A stretch of DNA of 64,000 nucleotides from Octopus bimaculoides (lineage: Eukaryota): the NCBI RefSeq assembly GCF_001194135.2, contig NC_068989.1, positions 4,759,632 through 4,823,631 on the forward strand, in the 5' to 3' direction. Positions 11,641 through 24,050 of the stretch are shown piece after piece; position 1 is the first letter of the stretch, and every line of letters starts with the position of its first letter. Made by a program: the position numbers and the translations under genes. Under the pieces are notes generated by a model, which was not told the origin of the DNA, did no database searches, and saw nothing but the letters and a program-made list of their open reading frames with translations.

Positions 11641-11957
11641 GGCTCAGTGGTTAGAGTCTCGAGCTTATGACCGTGAGGTTGTGAGTTTGATTCCCGGACC
11701 GGGCTGCGTGTTGTATTCTTGAGCAAGACACTTTATTTAACATTGCTCCAGTTAACTCAGCTGTAGAAATGAGTTGCTACGTCACTGGTGCCAAGCTGTA
11801 TCGGCCTTTGGATAACATCAGTGGTGTGGAGAGGGGAGGCTGGTATGCATGGATGGACTGCTTGTCTTCCACAAACAACCTTGCCCGGACTTGTGCCTCG
11901 GAGGGGAACTTTCTAGGTGCAGTCCCATGGTCATTCATGACCGAAGGGGGTCTCCTC
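11641..11957 (+). mobile_element. SINE-D, tRNA-derived, with intact Pol III A and B boxes
   Basis: A box GGCTCAGTGGTTAGAG, B box GAGTTTGATTCCC, then TTCTTGAGCAAGACACTTTA...CTCAGCTGTAGAAATGAG central domain; a partial paralogue lies at 41335-41440. Confidence 0.8.
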
Positions 11958-11972
11958 ATATATATAAAATAC

Positions 11973-12018
<46 letters not shown>

Positions 12019-12479
12019 GTATATGTGTATGTATGTATCTTAAAAAGTTAAGAAATATTTATGCAACAAAGAATAAAAATCAATAGTATTTATGGTTGAA
12101 TACAATTTTCAATTTACTGGCTAGAATGGGAGGCAAGACTGGTTATATTTTGGTCTTATTCTGACCCCATCAACATACTTAGAGAAGTAGCAATAGAAGA
12201 ATCATTAAGTAAATGTAGGAAATTGTACAATTGTTGTACAGTTACTTAAGGGATTTTTATATCACATGCTAACAAATATATGTGCCAAATTGTCTAGGAG
12301 CTGCCATAAACTAATTGTTAACCTATCCCAGAGGTCAATTTATCTCATTCACTTATTACCCTGAAAATCAAATGGAGCTAAGCCATGACCTTTTCAGAAA
12401 GAGAGCGAGGGTGGGAATAGGAGAAGGGGATTTTTTTTTAAAGACATTTAAGAATGATGAATTTGCCAACAACAAATAC

Positions 12480-12700
12480 ATGGTCACCCTCAGCATCACC
12501 ACCACCATCACCACTGGTTTTATCATCACCATTAGTAAAACTTCAACTGTGCTGGAGGCATCAGTTTTTTTTTTAATATTTTTCCTCCCCCTCATCACCT
12601 TCACTGCCATCAGCATCATCACTGCCTTCATCAACATTACTTCAATCATCATCATCACCGCTACCATCATCACTATTTCCACCACCACTCTCTTCACCAA
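12480..12700. repeat. Low-complexity (CAT/CAC)-rich tract
   Basis: Degenerate trinucleotide sequence; similar tracts at 15520-16500, 21560-21860, 44800-45100 and 51100-51450. Confidence 0.85.
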
Positions 12701-12915
12701 GTTGGATTTAAATCAAACTCAAGATTGTGTTAATTATTAAAATTATGGTGTAAAGAAAGAACAAACTTTGTCTCTTGCTTGCTATCACAAAGTTGAAGAA
12801 CATAGAACATAGTGCCAGATGTAACAGTTTTGTTCCTGCAGTTTGATGTTTAGCTCAAGTCAATGCTGATCAAACAGGCTAATGGTCATAGCTTCCCTGT
12901 TTTGTCCATCTCTCA

Positions 12916-13046
12916 GAATGGAAGGGCATCCAGCCGTAGAAACCATACCAAACCAGACTGGGGTGCCTTCCAGCTGGCCAGCCCTGGTCAAATCATCCAC
13001 CCCATGCCATCATGGTCAACAGATGTTAAATGATGATGTTGATGAT
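12916..13046 (+). mobile_element. Family C repeat 3' end (RTE-like (GAT)n tail)
   Basis: GGAAGGGCATCCAGCCGTAGAAACCATACCAAA...CATGCCATCATGG...GATGTTAAATGATGATG. Confidence 0.75.
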
Positions 13047-13298
13047 TTCCTAATTTAAGATGGCAGAACGTGATATGAGGAGTGTTTGGCTATTATTACT
13101 TGCTGGTTGAGTGACCATATAGGTAAATGTGGTCCACTTGATAGTAATGGTCATGTTAGTGGTGATTGTAGCAGTAGCAGTTGTTGGGGGTGTTAAAGAT
13201 GGGATGGGGACTGTAGGAGTGATAGGGAGGAGAAGAGATGGGGACCCAAATGTTCCTTCAGGAAGTTGTAAAAACTCAAGCTAAAATAAATTACTGAG

Positions 13299-13320
13299 AT
13301 GGCTGTCAGAAAGTTCAAAG
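13299..13320 (+). CDS. Weak candidate first coding exon (MAVRKFK, phase 1)
   Basis: GAGATGG start context and donor AAG|GTGAGA at 13321-13326; motif-only. Confidence 0.15.
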
Positions 13321-14079
13321 GTGAGACATCTTTCTCTCCTCCCACCGTCATTCCTCTAACCTCTCATTTCACCAATTTGTTCTTTGTTGATTGTTACACT
13401 CAGCCTTGGCATAATTTTTTTTCTTACTAAGTTCTCTAACACACACCCTGCTCATATCTTTCTCTTTCTTACTTCTCTTTCTTTCTGATATACTTGCATT
13501 TCATGGTCCACCCACCCCTTTTTATTGTCTCTTCACTCTTTCTTTCACTATACCAATGTCTGTTTCTTTTGTATATCTTTGAATTTGCAATAGATACAGA
13601 TGGAACTCTGTGTGTGTGTGTGTGTGTGTGTAGAAGGGGTTCTGTCATTAGTAGATAAAAGCATTGAAGTCTTGTGTTACAAATAAAGGTTGGTGAGTTC
13701 AATCCTAGCCCAAGGTTATATGTGTAGAAATCTGACATCTGAAGATCAGAAGAATACATTGAATGAAATGAAACAGAGTTAAGATGGAATCACAAAAGAT
13801 GAGGTTAATAGTCTAATCAATGTGACAACTCTTACCCTCAAAAGATACCTTTCTACAAAAGAGGTCCTAATGATCAAGATTATTCCATTTTTTTTTTTTT
13901 TCATATTTTTCGTTTTTATATTTGTGAATGTTTTGGGTTTTGCTTTTCAGTGACACATACATAGTTAATATTTTTTTTCCATCATCATCATTGTCATCAT
14001 CATCTTGTATCACTACTACTACTATTGCTACCACAATCACCTTGTATTACTTCCATCTTGGTATCTCAATATGAACTAA

Positions 14080-14310
14080 CAAGAGAATCTCGTACATGGT
14101 TGCTTGGTCTGCTCAAAATAGAAGTCAAATTTCCCTGAAATCATACTGTACTGTCTTTAAAATTAGACCAAAAAGAAAAAAAAAAAGTGGAGGTAGAAAA
14201 GCAGTTCTAGATATATTAGAAAAGCTGAGATGGTTGCAGCTGGAATGCTTTCTATCATAGCTCTGCTTAATCAGCGTTGACTCCAGGCTAAACAACTACA
14301 ATACTGCCAC
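14080..14310 (+). mobile_element. Family E repeat copy
   Basis: ACATGGTTGCTTGGTCTGCTCAAAATAG...GATGGTTGCAGCTGGAATGCTTTCTATCATAG...CAGGCTAAACAAC. Further copies at about 14640-14790(+), 15245-15440(+), 26740-26930(-), 31230-31440(-), 32015-32320(-), 35555-35780(-), 39760-39985(-), 41075-41290(+), 43955-44165(-), 61295-61490(+). Confidence 0.7.
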
Positions 14311-14462
14311 AATGTATCACTACCATCTTATTGCTAACACTGTCATCACCACACCACAATCACTGCCACCACCACTACACTACGGTGTCATTGTCATCTA
14401 ATGAAGGAACTTCTATTCTGTCAAGCTTGATTTGCTAGAAATAGGCAGCCAAATAACTTCCC

Positions 14463-14635
14463 TCATCATCATCATCATTTAATGTCTGCTTTCTATGCTG
14501 GCATAGGTTGAACGGTTTGACAGAAGCTGGCTAGGCAAATGACTGGACCAGGCTTCAGTGTCTGTTTTGGTATGCCCTTCCTAACACCAACCACCTTACA
14601 AAGTGGACTGAGCGCTTTTTACATGGCACCTCATA
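14463..14635 (-). mobile_element. Family C repeat 3' end
   Basis: CATCATCATTTAATGTCTGCTTTCTATGCTGGCATAGGTTGAACGGTTTGAC...GCCCTTCCTAACACCAACCAC. Confidence 0.8.
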
Positions 14636-14882
14636 TTGTAAAACAAAAAGAGATATATTAAATAATAGTAATCATAAATACATATTTTTCAAGAAAATGA
14701 GACAGTCAAGGCTAGGATGTCTTCCATCATCTTTTTCTCCAGCTCAGTCAAGGCTGATGAGCTGGAGCTAAACAACAACAACACCAACGGCTTTCTGATA
14801 ATTTTTAATATGTTATTGTATCATTTTTTAAGATGGTAAAGAACAGTTTGAGAGATTTGGCTGCTCCTTCATGGAGGTGTAA

Positions 14883-15046
14883 CAGTGACATAACTCAAGT
14901 ATGTGCTGCAGCCAGCCTTGAGTTCCCTCCACTTGAACCCCCACAGAAAATATGTCGTTGTGCAATGATTCCCTCTAAAAGTTCTGCCCCATGAAAGTAT
15001 TGCTCAGAGCAGACTGCCCTCACCCTCCCTTCTTGCTGCACTACTG
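14883..15046. mobile_element. Possible degenerate MITE with CAGTGGCGTAGC-like termini
   Basis: Left end CAGTGACATAAC and right end GCTGCACTACTG are both near a CAGTGGCGTAGC consensus with CpG decay; no TSD seen. Confidence 0.3.
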
Positions 15047-16629
15047 AGATCTTGAGACTGGAGTGGGAGACAGGAGGAGTGAAACTAAGGCATACTCAGA
15101 TTTTCACACTGCCCTCCATATGATTAACACCACTGTATGTTTAAGTGCATAGCACGGGCCTCAACCAAGGTGGAGTTTGGTAAATTTGGAGAACTGTATA
15201 TATAGATTACATCTAGTTATTTAACTGCAAATAAGCTAGCCAATGAGGAGACTTCTACATGGTTGTGCGACCTGCTAGAAGTAGCATCTCAAAGAAATCA
15301 TAATCTACTCTTGTAGAGAGAGGAAGGATAATGTAGTGCTTGGTGCACTATATCTCCAAAACAAATGGGATTGTCATAGCTGGAGTTCTTTGATCATAAG
15401 TTTACTCTATGAAGTCTGACCTGGGGTTAAACAACAATCAGCTGACTACTTAAGTGCCATAGTCCTGTTTGATCAGAGCTGACTTCTAGAGAGAGACTAC
15501 ACCACTAATTTTACATAACATTACAATCATGATTTATCATCGTCATCATCATCGTCATCATCAACATCTTTGTTGTTGTTGTCATCATCATGATAATAAT
15601 TCATAATGATCATCACTACCTGGATTTTTTAATCACCTGCCACAACTAGTAAAGCATATCACATCATCATCATCACTGTCATCATCTGCATTTCCTCAAC
15701 TGTCTTTTTTACACATCACATGCAATCCCTCCACCATGATTTGTGTTTTGTCCTTTGTATTATTTTGGTGTTCTTTGAGCCCTCCTGGCTAATAAAGAAA
15801 TTATCATTATTAATCATCATCATCATCGTCATCATCATAATCCAGCAATATTAAGAATCACTATCACTACAATCTCCATCGAAATTATCATGTGCATCTA
15901 CTTCTTCCTCTTTAAAAACCACTCCAACTATGACTATCAATATTTATATTCATTATAACAGACTCCCACCCCATTATCATCATCATCATCATCATCACCA
16001 CCACTTGAGCATTATCAACATTAGCAAAACTACTACCATTCCATATGCATTTTCTGAACACTCACTTCCATCGTTATCATTATCATCAGAACCTCCATCT
16101 TAAATCTTCACTGACGAGCATTCTAATTAGCAACACTACACTTAGAGCATTTGCTATGGCAAAATCATCATCATCAACATAATCATTAGCAATGATATTA
16201 GTACCAACACTGCTACCATAACCACCAAATTAGCAACACTGCCCCCCCCCCCACTGGTACAACATTAACTGTACTATAATCACCACTACCATTATCACTA
16301 CCAGCATCATTGTGAACATAGCTCATTACATACACTGTCACTACATTGGGTACATAACCACCATCATCAGCACCACCACCACCTACTCTGTCACAGCCAT
16401 CATTACCTCTACTGCAACTACCACTAAGACAATTACTACGTCCACCACTTCCGCCAGCACCACCACCAACAACAACAACCCCTTCATCATCATTAGTCTA
16501 AAATATCTACTCTCTCTTGAAAGCTTTGAACAACAAAAGAATGGTTGTTAAAATCTTTTGAATAGAATTTGTATTACTGGTTCATTATCTATTTACTAAC
16601 TGCCTGCACCATATTCTGGACATTGGGGA

Positions 16630-17020
16630 GGGTTGCAGTCACTCATCCATTCACCCATTTCAATCCATACACCAATCCACAATCTGTACATCCATCCTGC
16701 AAATCACAGTCCATCTTTATACACCATCACTTCTATATTGTTCCCTAATCCATTCATCAAACCCCCATCATCCATCAATATACCAAGTATTTTAAATTCC
16801 TTCCTTTCTAACATGTGCTTTATTCATTCTGCTATATTACCAGATATCTCTACATCTATTCTTTCTATTCACAACACATCCCTCCATCAAATTTTCCTTC
16901 TATCCATCCATCCATCCACTTCTCTATCTCTTTCCATCTGTCAAATCATGCTCAAACATCATCATACCATCTCTCCATTATTCCATGTGACTATCCATCC
17001 ATCCATCCATCCATATGTAT
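16630..17020. repeat. Degenerate (ATCC)n/(TATC)-rich low-complexity tract
   Basis: Repeated CCATCCAT motifs; a related (TCTA/TGTC)-rich tract lies at 29450-30140. Confidence 0.8.
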
Positions 17021-17212
17021 AGGAGGGTGTTGAGAGAAAGTTATGGTGAGGAGATTTATTTTGGTTTGCTATTGGAATTTTGTTATTGTTTAGGATTCAG
17101 TCAGGATTGGACGGTGTAAAACATGACAAATTCAGGTCACAACACATATTCTAATGCTCTCACCTACTTCTCTCTCTTTTTTTTTCCATATATATATGTG
17201 TGTGTGTGTGTA

Positions 17213-17365
17213 TCATCATTTAATGTCTGCTTCCATGCTGGCATTGACTTAATGGTTTAACAAGAACTGGCAAACCAGAAGACTGTACTAACCCCTACTG
17301 TCTGTTTTGGTATGGTTTCCAAGGCTGGGTGCCCTTCCTAACATCAACCACTTTACAGAAATTGT
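17213..17365 (-). mobile_element. Family C repeat 3' end
   Basis: CATCATTTAATGTCTGCTTCCATGCTGGCAT...GGGTGCCCTTCCTAACATCAACCAC. Confidence 0.75.
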
Positions 17366-18776
17366 CTATATGTGTGTGTATACATATTTATTTACCTATG
17401 TATATGTGTGTGTGCATGAAGCTATGCATATTTATATACATATAAATATGTTGATAAATATACATCCATAAACATATATCTATATCTCTGTATATCTATA
17501 TCTTAGCGGGTGTTGATGCATGTGCATATTTTGCGCTCACACATTCATATGAATTATTTACTTGTTATAATACATAATCACTTCAATATCTGCATAATTG
17601 TACTTACAGATGTGAACATATATTTGAAAATGAAATCAATACAAAATTTTCTAAATCATTTCCTTCAACAAGAAATAAAACGTGATGTAACAAGAAAATA
17701 CAAAGCAAACACACACACACATGCACACAAGCACACATGCATATACATGCAGAGATCATACCAGTTCACACACACATAAACACATACACACAGGTAAAGT
17801 TTTGTTTTTTTATGAATATTTTATTTCAAAGTGTTATTTATTAGAATATAATAGATAAAAGGGCAAAATCATTATTGATGAATGCATGCTATGTATATAT
17901 GCATTTTTCTCTGTTTCTGTATGTATACGTTTTATTTCTAAACGTATAATGCTTTACCAGGTATATGCATAAAAAACTTGTATGCAAAATGGATTTGAAC
18001 ACGCACACATCTTATGTATGTTTTATCCTTGCACATGTACACACACATTCACATCCATACTTGAACGATTGTGTGTAAGCTTGAATTTATTTAATCTGTG
18101 TTTGTGTGTGTACATGTGTTAAAATTTAAATGGACATCTATATATGTACATATGCTTAAATATATGTGTGCATGTATAGCTATTCAACACACATTTTCAC
18201 ACATACATAATGTATGCAATCTTACATATGAATATGCAAGTATTCACACATGCGTATGAGAGTTTGCAAAAGTTTTTTGACTTTTTCACTCTCTTCTTTT
18301 CTTCACTCGCTAATTCTCTCTCTTTTTATTTTTTCTCTTCTTTGTGTTGTATTTGTGTGCATGTGTGCACATGCTTGCACACAGACACACTCACACACAT
18401 TGACATATGCAAGAATTCTTTGAAATACTCAAACTGAATCAATGTAAAAATTACTTAATATTTTCTGTCTAAAACAAGACTAACAAATTTGTGCCACCGT
18501 GTAGCTATGTATGTTGTTTCTGGAGGTATGAAATGTTTTGGCACAGCTGTTTTGGCCCTGAGCATTTGACATTACCGGTTCAATGCTGTCTTATTTGACA
18601 TCAGATGTTCTAATATTTCTCTCATTCTCTCTCTCTCTCACTCTCTCTCTATGCATATGAGCATACTTCATTTTTTGTGTATAGGGAGAGGGTTAGTGTT
18701 TGTGTCAATTGTGTTCAATTAATAAATTATAATCTCTGTCTTTCTCTTCATCCCTCTTTCCATCTATATGAGTTTA

Positions 18777-18837
<61 letters not shown>

Positions 18838-20138
18838 CTCTTGTGCCCAAAAGTATTGTTGTCAAAACAGGTTCAATGTCCAGTTACCTGTGGCAAATTG
18901 CGTGTATCCAAACAGCTGTCTCTGATAACCTTATTCCGTGTTTCTGGCAATAGTTGAATTATAACTGGCCAATCTGTTTCAGCATTGTTCCCTATTTCTG
19001 GTAAGATCAGCAGCTTACCAGAAATGATTGAGTCCTTGCTAATCAATTGAAAGACATTGTTTGGGTGGAGTCTAGGATATTTGTGTGCATGTAGCAGCAG
19101 CAGATACAACCACTTCATTCAATGCCAACTACCTTTGAAAATATCAGGTACATAATGCCTCAATATCAACATATTTTGATTTATTTGCATCTGTATTATT
19201 CATTCTTTATAGACGTTTACTGGTGCCATCTCAAAGCATCAACCACTTCAAACATACACATTTACAGCTTAAGTGTGAAAAGTGGACTCTTGTATCAGAA
19301 AGTACCTGTTGCTACAAAGAGGAGAGACTTCTGAGAAGAGTACAGTCCTCAAAAAATGAAGGCAAACAACTGTATTCATTTGTGTGCAATTACTGGGAAG
19401 CCAAATCTACAATGTTGGTTTTAGTTCTCGGTTGAAATTATTTTAGTTGTTATTTAGTTCAAATATGTCCTAATTGGATATATGATCAATCATTCCAATC
19501 AATACAATATCATTTTTTCCCAGTTATTGTTTCTCTTAAACTGCATTTAGCAATATTTCAATGTTTTGGGGTTTTTTTTTTCTTTGCCCATGGGGATCCT
19601 ACTTCGACTCCAGGTTTACTGCTGATGTCAATGGAAATTGCAACTTTTCTCCATGACTAAGCTTTGATAGTAGATATCTTATTTCTCTTTGGGCTAATTA
19701 ACCTATTTTGGCTAGTTAGTTAATCACTCTAAACTTCATCTATTTATTTTTATCAAGTGTTCTCACTAATTTGTTTTCTGTGATAGAATAATGTTTACTA
19801 CCATTGCCCATTGCAAAGTATTTATTCATTTACATGTAGATGTGTGTGTATGTGTGTGTGAGAGAGAATATAAACATACATCTTCAACATGTATGCAGCA
19901 CATACGTATAAAAATCTGGAATGATAATATTGGCTTCTTTTTGAAGAGGAACAAAGCTTTGGATGTATAGAGATGAGGGAGTTATTGTATTGCAATTCCA
20001 TCTATTTCCCAGCAACATTAGCAGTAAACTTTGAGCTGAAGAGGGAGCTTCTAACAGGTCTCTTGACCTGCATTCTTGTCTGATGATTACTCAAAGGTTT
20101 CCCTAAGGATGTGGAATGCTGTAAATGGAACTATAACT

Positions 20139-20169
<31 letters not shown>

Positions 20170-20333
20170 GAGAGAGATATTGAAGGAAAAATAGTTTCAA
20201 TAAATGAAGAAATTCCCTTATATGGTATTTAATACACTTTATTAATGTGTGTGCATTTTGAGTATTGACTGCAGACGATACTGGATGTTGGATGGATCTC
20301 TCTGACTTGCTTGTTGGATAGTCATTCCTTGTT

Positions 20334-20374
<41 letters not shown>

Positions 20375-20571
20375 CCAAATCGTTTCTATTGAACAGAAAA
20401 CCCAGGATCTATCTCTGTGTATTAGTGAAAATGTGAAGAAAGTGGAAAGAGATATATCAACAGGTCATGACCTCTTGGCAGTGACTTCTTTCTGAAGATT
20501 CTAAGTATAGTTGGGTGAATGGGTCACATAGAAGAAATGAAGAATGATATGGTAATAACAGCACACTGGTA

Positions 20572-20608
<37 letters not shown>

Positions 20609-21075
20609 ATATGAGTGAGTGTGTACAAGCATATGTATGTGCAAGCATGCTTATGTGCGTATGTACATACAAAATGTCATACACTTACAGAGACACACAT
20701 ACATACATAGTTATGTATGTGTGCCTTTGTCAGTGCATATTTGTAAATGCATATATTCATATCTTTATGTATATACAGTTGGATGCAAAAGTAGATATAC
20801 AGTAAATATCACATCAGTGTTATAATAATTCATTAAAATTATTAGCACATTAGCCTTGTTTTTGATATTTTCAGTGTCGTTAATCATAATACAGTTATCA
20901 TAACTATAATAATATTTTTATTGTAACTTTTAATTGTTTTGATAAAAATAACCGAGTATTATATGTTTTCTTTTTTTTTTTTTTATCATAACTGTATACT
21001 TACTTTTGCACCACTCTGTATATGTTTATTATATGTATCGTCTTCAACATCAAGAACTGTATGTGCCATATTGAT

Positions 21076-21129
<54 letters not shown>

Positions 21130-22219
21130 GTATGTATGGTTATGCCTGTGTGCTTGTGTGAGTGCATATTTTTGTTGTGAATGTGTTTATGTGTATCATT
21201 ATCAAACATCAACAGTGTGTGTGTGTGTGTGTGTGTGTGCATATGCATATTGTGTGTGTGTGTGTGTGCATATGCATATTGTGTGTACAAAAACATAAAA
21301 CCAGATTGCTTTATTGTTTAGATTCTTTTGTGAGACTGGAATGTGACCCTCCTCAAAGAAACAAAGAGAATTCCTGAAAATAAGGAAATAAATAGAAATG
21401 AATAGGTTTCATTTTTTATGAGCCCTCCTATCTTTTTTTGAATAGCCTATTGGCTTGAAACACAATCATCCCTTTTCTTTTTCAAAAGCCCTTCTTCATA
21501 TCATTCTATAACCACCATTGTGAAATCATCTGTACCACCATCATCTCAAGTATCATCATTATTTATTGGCATTGCCATCATCACCATCATCACCATCATC
21601 ACCATCATCAGTATCATGTCATCAGTGTCATCACCGCCACCACCACCACCACCACCACCACATCATTGAGAGCACTACCATCATCAGAAACCATCATCAT
21701 CACTGCCATTGTCATCATTACCATCTTGGTTGTCAGCATTGACATCATCATCATCATCGATATCTCCATTGTCGCAATCTTCTTCTTCGTCACCACTCTC
21801 ACTGCCATGAATAATCACGAATGTCATAACCTTATAATCATTACCATTACCAATACCATTGACATTATTAATAATATAGATCTCTATATTGGCATATAGT
21901 CACTAATTTCTAAGAGACATGTATGTATTGTCAATTGGATTGATTATAATGTATGATCGATATTTATTGTATTGATCCTCAAACTCTTTAAGAATAAAAG
22001 GTGAAGCTCAATCTGACCAAATTTGAACTCAGAATGCCAATCTTAGAAGATTTTTCAATATTTAGTTCCATCCTTCTATGTTCTAACATTTTTGACTCCA
22101 CCACCCATAATATTTGGGATTGATGTAATTTACTAGCCCCTGTCCCCAAAATTTCAGGCATTGTACCTATTGTGGAAAGGCTTATTATTATTTTTATTAA
22201 ATGTTACTGCAACAGGTAA

Positions 22220-22384
22220 AAGGTTTAGCACTATTTCGTCCATTTTGAGTTCAAATTCTGCCAAGGTCAGCTTTGCCTTTCATCTTTTGGAGTTGATAAA
22301 ATAAGTACCAGTTGAACAACTGGGGTTGATGTAATCAACTTACCCTAACCCCGAATTGCTGGCCTAGTGCCAAAATTTGAAATC
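22220..22384 (+). mobile_element. SINE-A copy
   Basis: GAGTTCAAATTCTGCCAAGGTCAGCTTTGCCTTTCATCTTTTGGAGTTGATAAAATAAGTACCAGTTG...GGCCTAGTGCCAAAATTTGAAATC. Confidence 0.85.
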
Positions 22385-22389
22385 ATTAT

Positions 22390-22720
22390 TAGAGAGAAGG
22401 AATTGGAGAGGGCATTTGTTCCTGGGGGTTACAGGGAAATCTCGGACAGTGGGGGTTCCTTGATTATCCCTAGAGGCCTTCCCGTATCAGGAGGGCCACA
22501 TTTCTATCATCCTCCCCGCCACATTTTTTTTTAAAACCCTTGTATACTATGCAAATGTCCCTTTTTATTCAGTGTATACCGTATATACTTACTTTCTTTC
22601 ATTTTTTTTTTAATCATTTCCTTGTATGAAAATCCCCACACTTTATGCCTGTCTCTGTATTGTTCCCCACATCCTTCGCCCTTGTGGTAAATAAATGAAA
22701 TTATTATTATTATTATTACT
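22390..22720 (+). mobile_element. Probable 3' end of a non-LTR retrotransposon
   Basis: GC-richer body ending CCCTTGTGGTAAATAAATGAAATTATTATTATT (AATAAA plus (ATT)n tail); a similar tail GGCTAATAAAGAAATTATCATT lies at about 15790-15810. Confidence 0.45.
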
Positions 22721-22944
22721 AAGGTGGCAAGCTGGTAGAATCGTTAGCATGCTGTGCAAAATGCTTAGTGATATTTCATCTGTCTCTATGTTCTGAGTTC
22801 AAATTCCGTTGAGGTTAACTTTGCCATTCATCCTTTTGGGGTCGATGAATTAAGTACCAGTGAAACAGTGAGGGGGGGGGGATCGATGTAATTGACTAAT
22901 CCCCTCCCCCAAAATTTCAGGCCTTGTGTGTATAATAAAAAGGG
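22721..22944 (+). mobile_element. SINE-A, near full length
   Basis: AAGGTGGCAAGCTGGTAGAATCGTTAGCATGC...TCATCCTTTTGGGGTCGATGAATTAAGTACCAG...CAGGCCTTGTG. Confidence 0.85.
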
Positions 22945-23087
22945 TTGTTGTTGTTGTTGCATCTCATGACTACCATAAGCAACTTTGTGTAGTAATAAAT
23001 ATGACATCTTTGTGAGTGTCAGATAAGAAACATGGTTGTATTATATGACACACTATTTGCTGGCTGCTGTATGACCAGTTTATCACG

Positions 23088-23101
23088 GTTGCTATGGAAA
23101 C
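23088..23101 (+). promoter_or_regulatory. RFX X-box (GTTGCTATGGAAAC)
   Basis: Exact fit to the X-box consensus GTYNCY-AT-RGNAAC; a second degenerate box GTTGCTGTGACAAT at 23178-23191; GATA site AGATAAG at about 23021. Confidence 0.6.
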
Positions 23102-23224
23102 CTAATGAATGATGTACAATGAATTTTGCCAACTCAAACGGAACCTACGACAGTTTGCAATCGACTTGATTGCACTGGTTGCTGTGACAATAGCATTTTG
23201 AAATCAATAATGATAAAAGTAATG
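23102..23224 (+). other. Candidate alternative first exon ending ...GTAATG|GTGAGT (possible coding MIKVM or a lone ATG, phase 0); 5' end uncertain
   Basis: Unique, CpG-retaining sequence downstream of the X-box, followed by a consensus donor GTGAGT at 23225-23230 and then microsatellite-rich intron-like DNA. Confidence 0.45.
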
Positions 23225-23374
23225 GTGAGTGAAAGGGAGTATGTGACAAGAAGAATGCTAGGGAGTTTTCTATGTGTGTCTGTGTGTCTATCTACAGATG
23301 TGTGTGAAAATGTATGATTAAGCATGTATACATATGTATAAGTGCAGGTATGTGAATGTATATGTGTGTGTGTG

Positions 23375-23412
<38 letters not shown>

Positions 23413-23819
23413 CATGCATATGTAATATCCATATTTTGCTGTGTATCTGTCTATGCATACATTTACATGTATATGTAAATGTATGCACATGTATGTGCAT
23501 ATGTATAGATGTATGTAATTTCAGTTAAGCCTTGTTGCTTTTTGGTAAGGAATTCTCCTTGCCAATATATTGACCAGAATATAATATCAGTGTACACGCA
23601 GTGAACTATACCAAAATCTATAGATCAATTTCATCTTTCTATGGTTTCATTCCATCATCTGTATCTATTCTCCTTCTCTCTCTCCTTTCATTCCTTTGTT
23701 CTTATCTCTCTCTCTCTCTCACTATACACACACACACATACACACCATCATCTTTTTAACATCAATTTTTCTATACTTGCATGAGTTATACAGAATTTGT
23801 CAAGACAGATTTTCTATGG

Positions 23820-24050
23820 CTAGATGCCCTGCCTGTTGGCAACACACATCTGTTTGTAAGGAAGGTAATATTTTTCCATAGCTAGACCTGTTTCTCTAAG
23901 AAAACCATAAATGAACAACTTGTTTGTATGACAATGATGCTTATTTACAACCATCATATGGTGTCTAGACACACACACACACACACACACACACGCTTGA
24001 CAAGCTTCTTTCAGTTTATGTCTACCAAATCCTCTCACAAGGTATGATAA
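23820..24050 (-). mobile_element. SINE-B variant (B head plus alternative tail)
   Basis: Reverse complement of the 53565-53850 and 61875-62130 copies; includes CAAGCTTCTTTCAGTTTATGTCTACCAAATCCTCTCACAAGG. Confidence 0.65.

Noticed and set aside
11641-11715. Possible tRNA gene
   Set aside because: A and B boxes are present, but no acceptor stem closes a cloverleaf and the sequence continues into a SINE body.
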